This document shows positions 38,778 to 52,609 of a stretch of DNA of 64,000 bases, piece after piece (positions within the stretch are counted from its first letter, which is position 1; the number at the start of each line of letters is the position of its first letter). Source of the DNA: Felis catus (taxonomy: Eukaryota); the NCBI RefSeq assembly GCF_018350175.1, contig NC_058368.1, positions 189,660,001-189,724,000 on the forward strand, written 5' to 3'. Position numbers and translations under genes: made by a program. The notes beneath the pieces were generated by a model that saw only the letters and a program-made list of their open reading frames with translations, was not told the DNA's origin and ran no database searches.

Positions 38778-40269
38778 CTCAGAACACAGTAGAATACAGT
38801 AGAACACAGTAGAACATGAAGGGCTAGGCACAGTCTCACTGTGGCAGAGACCATTGCTGTCCCCAAGCTCCATTTCTCCCCCATAGTAAAAGATCTGCAG
38901 CTAGGACCTGGATGGCCAATCAGGGATTTCATTTCTTAGCCCCCTTTGCTGCTTGGTGACTGTGTAACTAAGTTCTCAGTGATGTGTAAGCAGAAGTTCT
39001 ATTTCCAACCTCTGGTTCATTTGCTTAAGACAAAATCTCTGTTCTGACAGTGACCAAAAGGACATTAAAGCCATATACTAACAATGGAAGAGCTGTCATC
39101 ATCCAGGGTTCCTTAATGACTGGATGGGACAGAGGGGTCCGTAGTCCCACATAAGAAAAATTGTTCCAAACCTGGTCTGAGGACAGAAGCTTTTTGCTTC
39201 ACAATCTCTTTCTGAGAAGTTAGCATTCCTGATAAAATGCTTAAACAATTTCCTGTGAACTTGAATGGGATTAAGGTTTGCTCTGGGAAACCAATTACCC
39301 ACATGCCCAATTACCCACACACTCAGTTGCCAACTGTCAGTCAAAGATCTAGTGACCTTTAACCAGACTTACTTTTCTTTCTGTGTCTACTCTAACAGTG
39401 ATTATCTAACTAAACCCTTTTCCTACCAAGGTTCTCTGCCAAAAGTGAATTTGGGAAGCAGCCTTCTAGGGTGATTTCTCTTATGTGCATGACCATAACA
39501 AAACTCTGATACATGCTTATAACTAAATTGTCTAAAAAGTTTTCTTTAACACTTGGAATAGTCACCTGACTCTGTAACAAGCGTGAGAAATAATTTTTTT
39601 CTTTGAGCCATTAAATTTTGTTCTCTATTGCAGCCACCCAATCTACGTTAATACATTCACACTTTATAAATTAGTTTCATTTACTAAATGCTTACTATAT
39701 GCCAGAGACTATACTAAGCAGTTCACATGCATTATATGTTACCAAATTCCATTTCTTCCCCCATTGCAAATATCTGCAGCTAGGATTGGATGTCCACTAG
39801 GCTGTGCCCTGGGATGCAGCTGTGCCCATGAACACAGGGAAAGGCTCAGATTTGCAGTCTTGAGCCAGAGCTCTGTGCACCCATTCACCCCGGCCCTGAA
39901 GGAGTGGAAGGTTCTTCTTGGAGAGCTCCTATGGCTCTTTCAGGTGAACCAGACTCTTGGGACTGTGAAGAATTCAGCTTCACCAGCAGCACAGTCAGGC
40001 ACAAAGAAAGAAAAAAGGACTAGATGCCCCACTCACCGTTGAAGACTAAGAAAAAAAATCCTGCAGTCCATAGAAATGTTCAGGTCATGGAAGTCTCAGG
40101 AGAGATATTTGGAGTTCTTGTGTATGAGGAAGAGTTTAAACAATCTACTGAAAAATCAACCATCTATGTATCCATCCTTGCACTATGCAAATTATTATTG
40201 AACACTTACTATGGTGCCAGGACACAAAACACTGGGCAGGGGTGGGAAAGAGTGTTAAACAGGGAGGTG

Positions 40270-40572
40270 TTTGTCAAGAGTACAAAGTTTGTTATGCAAG
40301 ATTAATAAATCCCAGAGATCTACTGCACACCACGGTGCCTATAGTTAACAATACTGTATACTTAAAATTCTGCAAAATGAGTAGATCTAAAGTTCAGTGT
40401 TCTTATCACTAAATAAGTAGGATGGGAAGAAACTCTTAGAGGTGGCAGATACATTTATGGCATTGATTTATGGTGATAGTTTCATGGGTGTATACCCATT
40501 TCCAAACTCACAAAGTTGTATACTAAATATGTGCAGCTTTTTGTATTTTGATGATTCCTCAATAAAAAAGTT
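40270..40572 (+). mobile_element. L1MA/MB-like 3' end
   Basis: 'tacaaagtttgttatgcaagattaataaatcccagagatctactg...cctatagttaacaatactgtat...cctcaataaa'. Confidence 0.75.
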
Positions 40573-40575
40573 TTC

Positions 40576-40749
40576 AGGGGCACTCAGGTGGCTCAGTTGG
40601 TTGAGCGTCCAACTCGATTTCGGCTCAGGTCATGATCTCAAAGTTGATAAGTTCGAGCCCCACACTGGGCTTTGCACTGAGCTGACAACACAGAGCATGT
40701 TTGGGATTCTCTCTCTCTGTCTCCCTCTGCCCCTCCCTTGCTTGCTCAC

Positions 40750-40798
<49 letters not shown>

Positions 40799-40838
40799 AC
40801 AAAATAAACAGAAAAAGGAGATTTAAAAAAAAAAAAAA
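40576..40838 (+). mobile_element. CanSINE
   Basis: Head 'ggggcactcaggtggctcagttggttgagcg', (CT)n segment and A tail. Confidence 0.92.
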
Positions 40839-42039
40839 CTAGCAATACAACAGTGAACAGGACAAAGAGACATCATTACATTTGTACCCTATAGTGTGGG
40901 GCAGTTCATAGAAGCCATCAAATACAGAATTATTTTGTAATGTCAAATGTGTTCTTTTCACTTGACACTTGCATTCCCCCACCCATCTCACGCAGTACAT
41001 CTAGCCCTCACCCAGGGGTAGGGGCATCCATGTATAATGATGGTTATATACAGCCAAATGCTTGCCTCATTGGCCTGCCCCTAAGACTGTAATTCTCCTC
41101 AAGGAGTCATTTCTCTGGGTTCAGACTGTGCAAATGTAAAAGTTCCCATTTAAATGCAAATAGTCCTGCAGCCATGATACATTACATCATTGTCATTCAT
41201 TAACACCTTTCAAGTATAACAGCAACCAGGTCTAAGAAATCCTGGAGAGGGAGAGAATCTAAGAGAGTGCTTCCAGGAAGAACAAGGCTAGCTGGCCAGC
41301 CTCAGCAGGGGGATAAGAAGGGAGTTACCAAGAGACTGAAAAAATAGTTAAGTAAGGACAAAAAAAAATCCACTTGGAATGGTTGAAGGACTCTTTTGAA
41401 GGAGCAACCAGGGGCAACAGGATAAATAGTAACAAAGTGAATGATGTCTGGTATTGGACTATGTAATTGATTACTCAGTATTTACATACATCTGAATCTC
41501 TTAATGGTTCACAGTCATTTTTGGAAGTAGGCAGGATATACCTTAATAACATTATGGAGAAAAATCTTCTTTACTGAGCAGGAGAAGCCATCCACCCAAA
41601 TAATTTTAGTTGGATGAATAACTAAATTGAAAGCTTTGATGAGGGAGGAAGCCTTCAGGAGGCAATAGAAGACCACTCTGAAGCTAATTCCAGGGTTTTG
41701 TTTTGCTGAAACAAATTTGCTGTAAATTGAGGACATACACTGAGTAACTTGCATAATAAAGGAGTCTTCAAATACTATGTGGAGTAAGAGATGGGGAATG
41801 ACAAGTTTGCTGGCAGAGGACAGAACAGGGATGAGATCTTCATTAGCTATCTATTACATGGTCTATGGTAGAAATCATCTTCCCTGTTTCTTCCTGAAAT
41901 CCTCAGTAAAAAATGCATTTTTGTTTATGTGTCCTAGAACTGGGGGTTCACCAAAGACCCTAGAGAATAGAGAATAGCAGGAACACCAGCTTTCCTCAGG
42001 AAGTCTGCCACATCCGGATTCCAATTAAATTATCTAAAA

Positions 42040-42096
42040 AAATTTTTTTTAAGTTTATTTATTTTTCAGAGACAGAGCACAAGCAGGGGAGGGAGG

Positions 42097-42130
<34 letters not shown>

Positions 42131-42262
42131 GAGAGAGATTCCAAAGAAAATTCCAAGTTCTGAGCTATCAGCACTGAGCCCAACGCGGGGTCAATCCTGA
42201 TGGCAAGTCCTGACCTGAGCTGAAGTTGGACGCCAAACTGACTGAGCCACCCAGGTGTTCCT
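42040..42262 (-). mobile_element. CanSINE
   Basis: Poly-T, (GA)n and reverse head 'ctgactgagccacccaggtg'. Confidence 0.9.
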
Positions 42263-43864
42263 TCAGTTACAATTATTTAAACACCTCGAGTTGCACAGGA
42301 TCCAATGCATGGAGCCTTCTACTTAAACAGGGTTATAGATTTGAGGATAGGATTTTTAAACAGCGGTGAAAAGGTCTGGGTATTCAAAATACAGTGCTTT
42401 TACTGGTACTACACCAGACATTGTTTTGTATTCAAAACCAGTTCCCTACTTTTTAAAAATGAAGATCCTAATTCTCAAAGCCAGGAGAACATAGAAAATT
42501 TCCCATTTTCAGGAGAGATGTGACTTTCACTGGACAAGACTAGAGAATTCCACCAAGGTCACTTTTCCCAACAATGACAAGAATCAAAGAACCTGGCTCT
42601 CCACTGAGAGACAGACATAATCCATGGAGCCTGGGAGCCACATTTGAGCATAGAGCTTCATGAAGCTTATCTCCTCAAAGTAAATTCTATTTTCTTCTCT
42701 ATCAGAAGGCTGCTTAGACACCATTGGATGGCACCATTGCTTACATTTTAAAATTCCAGACAGTCAAGGCAAGTCACGTTTCAAACCCAGCAACAGAAAG
42801 AATAGCAGAACATTCTCCAAAGAGCCTAGAACACATCATCCCACCAAGGCGTATTACCAAGACAGTTCAACTACAGAAGGTTCAAGGTAAGTAAAATATA
42901 ATGTCTTAGAAAATAACCCAACTCATATAAAAGACACGATCTACAGATTCAATGAGCATTAGCAATCTCATTACAATTTCCATGTAATTTGACATCCTAA
43001 AGAGCTCTACTCTTGGTTCGAGATGGATTACCAGCAATTGCCACTCACTTCTGTTTAGGGGCTAATGGGGGAAGGCATACTGTTTTGTGGCTTTTGCTTT
43101 CCGCAAACATGCTTAAGCCTTGGTTAGTCAATTACCCCCATGACTCCTATATCCATTTACAGTAATTTCTATTAAGAAAAGTTCCACCTCTTGCACTAAT
43201 GGGAGCTTTGATGATCAACTCAAGGTCCCTAGCTACTATGTTTAGCTACTATTCCTGCTTGAACTTGCAAGACCTCTCTCTGAATTATAGAAAAATGGAT
43301 CTTTGAGAAGTATAATGATTCTGATTACTCCTCCTCTAACACCCATCTCACTAGCAGACAGAAATCAGCATGGGTGACAGTCAGGAAATCAACACTAAAA
43401 ACAATTGTTATAGTTGTCATTGTCTGGCATAACATACACAGGCATACATGTGCCACACACAATGGAATTTTATCCAACAGAGCAATCCTGTATTAATTAT
43501 ATGTTAATACTCTTCACTAATTTAAATAACTCTTTCCATATTGCTTTCCCAGAGTAAAACCAGACATGTCCACTGCTAATTGTATTACAATGAAAGATTC
43601 CATTATCACAATGAATTACATGTGCCACCTTTTTTCAGTGGCACATACCCAGCTCATGACAGCCAGTGGAGCCACAGGAGAGAAGGAAAAACCAAAAACA
43701 TAAGTCATATATAAAATAGGAGGAAAAAGACAATAGAGAATTAAACCAAAGTTTGATGCAATGACTATGACTAGTTGTGGGGACCTGCCCCATTCAAGCC
43801 TGGCTTCTAAAAAACTGAAAAGAAAAAGCTCCAAAGCAGTGATTTTAAGCAGAGTCATCTCCTT

Positions 43865-44010
43865 AGTGCTCAAAGTGTGGTCCACAGGATAGCAGCAATG
43901 GCATCACCTGAGGGCTTGAAATGCAGAATCTCAGGCCCCACTTAGACCTTCTGAATCAGAGTCTGCATTTTCATAAACATGCAGGTGATATGCATGTTTG
44001 AGAAGTACTG
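43865..44010. mobile_element. MER5A-like hAT MITE
   Basis: 'ctcaaagtgtggtcc...agcagcaatggcatcacctgag...aaatgcagaatctcaggcccca...tgaatcagagtctgcatttt...tttgagaagtactg'. Confidence 0.85.
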
Positions 44011-45124
44011 CCATTGTCAACAGTCACCAACATAGGATCAAATGTCCCCACTCCAACTCCATGACACATGAGCCCATCAGTACTTAGATATCTTCTAGAG
44101 ATAAGGAAGGAGGGTAGAAAATACTGACTTGACTGACTACAGCTAGAATAAACTAGTATTATGTTTCCGAACATCAAGCAGAATGAAGTCTCAAAAATGA
44201 GACCAATTTAAGCTATCAAAAACTAAACTGACTTTTTTTGCACAGCTAATTGTTAAATCCACACCTTTACTATTACCAGCCTTCAAGCATCAGTTCACTT
44301 TTTTTTTTTAAATAGGTCGGTTATTTAGTTAAGTTCTTTGTAAAAACAGTTCACATTTTGGTATCTTCCATGAAGGCCTTCCCGATAGGCCCACCAGGCT
44401 GCGTTATTCATTCAGTACACATCATCTTGCATTGTCAAGGTTTTTTTTTTTATTTATACAGCTTATGTCCCCAATTAGACTGTTACCTCCTTGAATTCAT
44501 TAATACTTGAATCCACTAATGCAACCCTGTTTTTAGACCACTGTATAGGCTTAGAATGGCTTTCACCACAAGTAGCAATGCATACCTAATAGTTGCTTGC
44601 AAATTTCACAATTCAAGTCTCTTTCTGGAAGTTTCAGGACTGATACAGAGGCTTCACAATGTCACCTAGCACCCAGACACTCTCTACCTTTCTGCTCTTC
44701 AATCTTTACTTTTTACATTTGGGCTTCTTGCTTTAGCAATATGACTGCCTCAACTCCAAACATCATAGCTTCACACAACCACATTTAAGACAAGAAAAAA
44801 GCTAATCTCCTCGCCTATCTCATTTTACTCAGAAGCAAAATCCCTCCCAGAAGACTTCTTCTTACATCTCACTGGCCACAAGTTGGTCACATGGCCACCC
44901 CTAAATCTCTGGAGCAAATGGGGAATGCAATTACTAAACTAGGTTTAGACCCTGTACTCAGGGGAATGGTCCACATTCCCAGATCATATTGTAGCCTGAA
45001 AATTGGGGGGTGTATAAACTTAGGGAGAAATGAGGAACAGCTGCTATGTAAGCAGCCAATAGTGTCTGATGCAACCACTACGTTCAAGGCATCCTTCTAG
45101 TCTCTGTTTAGAATACAAAAATGA

Positions 45125-45232
45125 GGATGCCTGGCTAGCTCAGTTGGTAGAGCATGTGACCCTTGATCTTAGGGTCATGAGTTCAAGCACCACATTGAGC
45201 ATGGATCCTACTTAAAAAAATAAATAAAATAA
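45125..45232 (+). mobile_element. Short tRNA(Lys)-derived CanSINE lacking the (CT)n segment
   Basis: A box 'tagctcagttggtagagc', B box 'gagttcaagc' and A tail. Perfect 16-bp TSD TAGAATACAAAAATGA at 45109-45124 and 45233-45248. Confidence 0.9.
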
Positions 45233-46865
45233 TAGAATACAAAAATGAATCAGGCAACTATAGGCCTAACTCAAAACATTGGTTGTTTATACTTCATAGA
45301 CACTGAGTGCACTTAACAAGCACTGGGACCCATGCAAGGTTTGATCTCTGCCCTCCCAAAGTCCCCCCTTTCTCCATCCCCAAGCATATGCCTCAGAGTT
45401 AACCACTCTTCACAGTTTGATGTATACCTGTGTACAAATATTTTTATTAAATAATGCTTTTTATTTAATAAAATAAAAATAAAATTTTATTTAATAAAAT
45501 TTAATGATATTTTCATTAAAATGTTATCATAGTCTTACCAAACACTTACTATATGCCAAGGTCTATTCTAGATGCTTGAAATAAAACAGTGAATGAGACA
45601 CATTCTTCACAAGAGCATGCTTCTGTTCACATTAAAATCTGCTTTTCTCTCATGATCGTCTTAAAGGTCTACTTCTTTCTTTGTAATGGTTTTCTGTATC
45701 ACATTCTATGCTTCTACCAAAACATATATAACTATTCCCTTTTTAACAGACATTATGGTTCTAATTTCCTACCATTGACGACATACAAGATCTTGATGAA
45801 CTTTCTTTAAATGTCTGAACACAGACAGGAGTTTTTCTCTTGGACAGCTTCCTGAAGTAGCTTGCTATAACATACTTTTTTCCTTTGTATCCTCAACACT
45901 AGGCACAGTATTTTACACACAATGGGTATTTCAACAACATTTACTGAATGACCAGTCTCCGCATCATCCCCACCCAATCAAGAACCCCTTGAACTTTCGA
46001 CATGACTTTTTTTTTAACATTTCAATAAGAAACTGAATTCTTGCATTTATAGTACAGAAATAAAAAATTTAAACCCTAATTCTGTTTTGTAGATTTAAGC
46101 TATAATTCACTCTAGTTTATTAAAAGACCGCTTTTGGACTTTCCCAGCAACAACTTGGCATTTTTAATATGTTCTCATTATTAATAAAATTCTGTGTTTT
46201 AAGGAACACGTTTTCAAACTGGCTTTTGAAAGGGTCCCTAGAGAACTGCTGTGGATAGCTACTGACGTGAAGAAAACCCAACATTCACCATGTGAAATTA
46301 TCATCTGCATATCCACAGGGCCCCTTCCCGGAGGCTGTCTGGGGACTAGAGCTCCACATTGCACTCGCACTGTGTGACAAACAGCAGGGAAGATGTCTTC
46401 TTCCACATCTCACCCATCTGATGTGGGTGCCAATAAGTGACAAATGAGCACAATTATTGCTTGCGTTGAATGGGATCGATGTGGGCTATCATCTATTAAA
46501 GTGTTTATTAAATGTGCACATTTCTTGTCATTTAATAACCAAGCAAACTATGTACTTGCGGATTGTGAACAGAACTTCAAAGGCATGCAGCACCAAATTT
46601 GGCACTCACCAACCAAATCTTAAAAGGGCATGTAAGGTAAGTCAGGGATGACTGTGAGGGAGCAAAAAATGTACTTCAGGGAATTTGTGATTTGTGAATT
46701 TGGAGGATGAGAGGAACATCTCCATATTTAAGAATGCAGAAACTAACAAGGACCATTTAGGCACAAAGAAGTTCATACATAAGGGGGAAAAAATGAACCT
46801 GCGAGTAGCTTAGTGCAACACTTTTCAAAAACTTTTGACTGAGACCCACAATAAGAAATATATTT

Positions 46866-46995
46866 GGGGCGGCTGTGTGGCTCAGTCGGTTGAGCGTCCG
46901 ACTTCGGCTCAGGTCATGGTCTTGCAGTTCGTGAGTTTGAGCCCCGCATCGGGCTCTGTGCTAACAAACAGCTCAGAGCCTAGAGTCTGCTTCAG

Positions 46996-47039
<44 letters not shown>

Positions 47040-47113
47040 CCTCCCCTCCTCATGCTCTGCCTCTCTCTGTCTCTCAAAAATAAATAAACGTTAAAAAATA
47101 TTCTTTAAAAAAA
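46866..47113 (+). mobile_element. CanSINE inserted in a hAT-like MER fragment (~46817-47320)
   Basis: TSD AAGAAATATATTT at 46853-46865 and 47114-47126. Confidence 0.93.
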
Positions 47114-47589
47114 AAGAAATATATTTTACATCATGGCAGGGCAGACACACCCATACATGCCACAAACATGTAACTGAAATGAGAGTTTCACAACGTAATA
47201 CTCTTACTACATAACATTTTCCATTCTATTCCATTCTATTTCAGTTTCTGATGAGGTTTGTGACCCACTAAATTGATTTCAGAACTCACTGATTAGTGGT
47301 TTTTATCACTGATGGTCAGCAGGTATCCACTGCAATTTTTTTAAAATCATCTTTATGAAAGACAGGAAACTCAGGCACATAATCATCACATACTGACAGT
47401 TTTAGAGTCACCAAGACCTGGGTTTTAATCCCAGCTCTATTACTAGTATATAACTTAGAAAAAGTGCTTAAATTTTATAAACTTTAGTCTCTCCATCTGT
47501 AAAATGGAGAAATAACAGTATTAATCATATAATGTACTCTTAAATGATAGCTACTATCACCAATATCAGGAGGGGGGTGACCATGGGGA

Positions 47590-48225
47590 TTTACTTGCCC
47601 AAAAGATGAAAAAATTCATCAACAGATGAATAGACAAACATAATAGAATATTATTCATCCATAAGAAAGGAATAAAGTACTGATACATGCTATAACATGG
47701 ATGAACCTCCAAACCATCCTAACCAAAAAAGCCAGACACAAAAGTCACATACAAATTTTCCTTGCTATGAAATAGCCAAAATAAAGAAAACCATAGAAAC
47801 AGAACACAGAATGGTGGTTGCTCGGGACTAAGAGGTGGGGAGAGAGAGAGAATATGTTTAATGGGTAAAAGGTTTTACTTTGGGGTGATGAAAATGTTTT
47901 GGAAATCAAATGGTGGTTGAACAACATTTTGAATATACTTAATACCACTGAACTGTTTATTTTGTCTTTTTTAATTTTTAATTTTTTAATTTATATCCAA
48001 GTCAGTTAGCATATAGTGGATTAATGATTTCAGAGGTAGATTCCAGTGATTCATCCCCTATGTATAACACCCAGTGCTCATCCCAATAAGTGTCTTCCTT
48101 AATGCCCCTTCCCCATTTAGCCCATCCCCCCCCCACCTCCCCTCCAGCAACCCTCAGTTTTGAACTGTTCATTTTAAAATGGTTAATTTTCTGATATGTG
48201 ACTTTCACCTCAATAAAATATTTTT
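47590..48225 (+). mobile_element. L1MB-like 3' end, interrupted
   Basis: 'catcaacagatgaatagacaaac...gtactgatacatgctataacatggatgaacctc...ggggtgatgaaaatgttttggaa...tttcacctcaataaaa'. Confidence 0.8.
47964..48160 (-). mobile_element. 5'-truncated carnivore L1 3' end
   Basis: Reverse complement of the 3'UTR seen at ~24160-24270. TSD tgaactgtt(t/c)atttt at 47949-47963 and 48161-48175. Confidence 0.9.
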
Positions 48226-49479
48226 CTTAAACGAGCAGGCATAGTACATAAAAAGAAACCCGATAATTATTAGTAAGTTTCATTATCTTACCAATCAGTT
48301 ATTTTTAGCCCCTCAACAAAATATAAAATCACTATGACATCATTAATAGATGTTTATTGATATGATAATTAATGTTTGCTAGACTTTCATCTAAATTTTC
48401 CTTGTTACAACCCACATACATACTGTATAAGACTCTGAAAACTGAAGAGTTTGGGGAAGGAGCTTGGTCAGCTGCTTTCTGTCTTTCTAAATTGACATTT
48501 TCTATGGTGACCCCACTGACCAGCTTCACTCTTCCACCCTCAGGAAACTTTCTAGGGAGGTCAGGTTCTAAAGCCACAGACAAATGCATGCAGGTGGGAA
48601 GGGACTGTCTTGGCCTTGGTACTTAATACCTACAGGCCTCAACCACCTCATACATAAAATGGAGAAAATAACAGGCCCCCCCCACCCACAACCACTCCTG
48701 AGGTTGTAATGCACAAATGAGGTAATGCGGGTGAGAACTGCACTAAGAACACATGCTGGCCCCTTGCACATGTTCAATAATGGCAGCTATGTTCACTGTT
48801 ATTTTTTTCTTTTTCAAGTGCAAGCTATATTGTGTGAAAAGAGATCTAGTGAATCCTGTGGTGAATTCTGTAAGGGATTTTAAGTGAATTCTTACATAAA
48901 ATAATACGTCAGCAATTAGAGCAGTCCACAAGTGGTCCAAAGTGCTTTGCAAAACAGAGTTCCCATTTCATAGGCATGTGTTACGTGAAAGCTGTGTTCA
49001 TCTGTCAGGGATGCCACAGGATATTTGCTATCATCTGAACATGGGCAGTTAACACCTACCTCACAGGATTATTTTAAAGAATAAGAAAATCACAAAGGAA
49101 AGAGTCATGGCCCAGTGTGACATAGCGAGGTGTTCGGCGGGGGCGGGGGAAGGGTTATTACTATTGTAATTACCTCTGACACCAAGTCATTATTAGAGAA
49201 GATTCTAGCCCAGAGTAGATCAACCAGAAGACTCCCTTCCAACTCTTGGTGGCACACTTTATAGGAAGACTCATTGTTGAGTGTATTTTCCTGTTTACTC
49301 AATAAGAATATCTGCCTCGTTAATATTTCAGAAAGAAATACAGTCCAGGGGTCCTAAGGGCTGAGATTTTTGAGGACTCATAAAAATGTTTACCCTGAGA
49401 TATTCCTGGAAGCATTGTTTATAAAATGTTAAGACTGAGAAATAACTAAAACACACAAAGTTGGAGAACTGGATACAAA

Positions 49480-49665
49480 CAATGGTGCGTGATTAAGAGC
49501 ACAGGCTCTGGAGTCAGCCAGGCAAGTTTAAAGCTCCACTCAGCCTTTGGCAAGTTAACCTCCTCCCCCATCCCCCGCCCCCGCCCCATGCTTTCCTCTG
49601 ATTCATACAGTAGTTGTGAGAATTAAAGTAAGTAAAGCGTTTAGCACAGTGCCTGACGCAAGCCT
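49480..49665 (+). mobile_element. MIR followed by a (GAT)n repeat (~49669-49712)
   Basis: 'gattaagagcacaggctctggagtcag...ctttggcaagttaacct...gtaaagcgtttagcacagtgcctgac'. Confidence 0.7.
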
Positions 49666-50839
49666 CCAGTGATGATGATGATGACAATGATGGTGATGAT
49701 GGTGGTGATGATGCCATCACCATGACAAATAATGTTGTAGGTCTATCTTTTCCTGCTTCATAAATAAATTAATATATGTGGCTAAGTTTTTACACTAGGT
49801 CATGCAATAGAGAAATCATAATACCTTAATCCAGTGATGGGTTATTGTCTCCTTTATATCTTTCTTTAGTGTCTGCAGCTTTCTTTTACAGTGACTTTAG
49901 AATCTAATAAAAACAAAATCTTTTCTATTTTAGCAAAATAAAAAAGGAAGAAAGGAAAGAGAAGGTGGAGGAGGGAAGGAGGAAGGAAGGAAGAGAAGGA
50001 GGTGAAGATTTGCTCTATAGGGCTAATTCCAGTTTCCCCTACAGCTGAACTCAGTGCCTTCCCTGGACCATTATAACTGGTATTATTTGAAGACTTGAGA
50101 ATTTTTCCCCCTGAAAAATGAAAAATTCTTTTGTAGTGCAAATGGTCTTTCTCTGGTATATTTGTCCTACAATTTGGAGATTGGAAGTTTCTTAAAGGCA
50201 GGGCAAACATGAGTGCCCATCCAGATAATGGTAATCTTTCTTCTTTTCTGAACCTAAATTTTGATCATTTTCAAGCATTCAAAAGTTGAAAGAATAGTAT
50301 GAACACCTCTGTAGTCACCACTTAATTTCAGTACTGATTAGCATTTTGCCGTGTTTGCTTTCTTTTCTTTCTCTAACACACACAGATATACTTTTCTTTT
50401 TCTTTTATTTATTTATTTGTGTGTGTATTTATTTATTGCTGAACCACTTAAGTGCTGACATGATCCCACTCTGCCCCTAAACACTTCACTTGAGTATCAC
50501 TTGCTGATGAATAGGGCATTCCCCTAGATAACCACTATAGTTTTGGCTAATGGCAAGCAGGTTCTCATGCCAGTAAAGATTGCCATGTAGCTATTTATTC
50601 ATTCCACAAATATTTATTGAGAACTTACTATCACCCAGTGAGCTAGAGTGATGAGCAAATAAATACCATCCTGCTCATAGAGAGACTGACATTTTAAAAA
50701 ATCACACTGATCACTATACAGCATATAATAATAAATGTGGTGAGGGTCATAAAGTGCCCCAGTGTATTTACTTCAAACTCACCCTTGATTACCTACTACT
50801 GTAGGTAGTAGGCCATAACAATGGCCAGTACTGATTGCA

Positions 50840-51340
50840 TTAATTAGGAGATTTCCAGTTGCAAGTGACAAAAACCCTACTGAAACTAGCTTAAGAGTAA
50901 AAAGGAAATTTATTGGCTCACTGTAAGCACACCCAGAAGCAGGAGATGAAATGATAACTCCCTTTGAATTTCCAGACCCCCACCTTCTTCCTCAGTGTTG
51001 ATTTAATCCTCAGGCAGCCTCTCTTCCATGTGGCCGAAGGAATGGCTACTGGTAATCCGGATATACAGGACCTATAAAATTCTAGATCCAGGAGTGTGAG
51101 CCTTCTCTCCCAGGGTCCCTGTACCAACTCCTAGAGAAGACCTGATTTGCCCAGTTTTGGTCATGTGCTCTTTCCGGACCCAATCCCTGAGGCCAAAGGA
51201 ATGGTGCGCTCCCATTGGTCAGGCCATGTCCTGCACCCACTCCTTGTACTTGGGCTACATGCAGGATTGATGCCATCCATACTCTAAAGAAAGGTTCTTG
51301 TACCAAAATAAGAGGTATTGGATGGTCAAAGTCACCCAGC
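50840..51340 (-). mobile_element. Old MaLR LTR (MLT1K/L-like)
   Basis: 'ttgcaagtgacaaaaaccctactgaaactagcttaag...aaggaaatttattggctcac...attggtcaggcc...taccaaaataagagg'. Confidence 0.6.
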
Positions 51341-52609
51341 CACCCCATGGCAGTGTCTGACATTGTGCCTCTCCGCAGGTCCTGGAGGTCTTCAAAATAC
51401 TGTGCAGTGCACACTCCAAGCCCAATACCAGCAGGTGGGGATAGGAAGCAAAGGCTTCCAGTTTCTAGCCTGATCTGTGTCTTAACAGGCCGAGTCCACC
51501 AGAGGTCAGGGCAGAGCGCAAAGCAGGAATCGTCCTGAGGCTGGCTCTTCAACGCTGCTCAAATCAGCAACTCACGCCAGAGATCCAAGGGGCACGAGCA
51601 GACTGCAGCAGCCAGAAAGAAAACTCAGGCTGGAGCAAAGCGGCCACGTTTCCTTAAGAACTGCCTTCCTAAGATACAGGTCTAGACTTCAGAGCAGGGC
51701 AGACAGAATCAGGGAAGTGACTTTTAAAACACTGTATTTTGGAACTGCGCATGTTCTGCTGAAGAAACAGAAATGTCAGGGCCTCAGAATCATGCAGAGT
51801 GAGATACCAAATGTACCAACGTGGAATTGGCCACAAAAACTGGATTCTCTTCTCTGCCCCTACCTGCCTCTCTAGACTCACCTTCAATCACCCTTCTGCC
51901 TGCCTGTTCACAGTCAGCCACACTGATGGCCTTTCTGCAACTTAATCATGCCAAACTGATTCCCACCACAGAGCCTTTGGTAAATCCTTTTCCTAGATCT
52001 TCCCTATTGAACTCCTTCTTGGTCCAGTAGTCTCTTAGGAAATGTTAGTACCACATCTAAAATAGTGCCCCACCTAATAGCACTAACACATCACCCTGTT
52101 TATTCCTTTCATATCATTATCATCTCTCAACTTACCTGTTAATTTGTTCTTTTGTTTCTCCCACCCCACAAAAAAAGCACAACAGACTAAGGGACTTTAT
52201 TTTGCAGTTTACCACAGCACCTAGAATAGTGCCTCCTCAGACCACGTGGGCTCGGAAACATAATGAACAAACAAATGAATGAGTCCCAGTTTCCCACACA
52301 TAAAATGAGATGGATAGATTATATAATACTAACAATGGTAAAATACATTGAACATGTACTGCGTGTTGGGCACAATGCTAAGGGCTGTGGGTAGCACAGC
52401 CTTTGTATTTTTTCAGCCCTGACAAGATATCAAATATTCTCAGGACCTCAAATATCTAAGATGTTTTTGATGCCCAAATTCCTCACTTAGCCATTTATTC
52501 CTTTGGTTTTGTTCAGAACCTTTCAAAATACTTTTTGTTACAGAAACATTTGTTGAAGTGAAATTTTACCTAGAAGTCCTATAGAAAAACCTGGGAGGGG
52601 GTGGGGGGA

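Noticed and set aside
45125..45200. tRNA-Lys gene
   Set aside because: Has an A tail and 16-bp TSD with degenerate stems, so it is a tRNA-derived SINE. The same applies to 59996-60107.
51082..51552. 156-aa minus-strand ORF, and a possible 56-bp plus-strand exon (ctccgcag|...cag|gtgggg, ~51379-51434)
   Set aside because: The ORF overlaps an old MaLR LTR and has no recognisable homology. The splice signals are weak and no partner exons were found.
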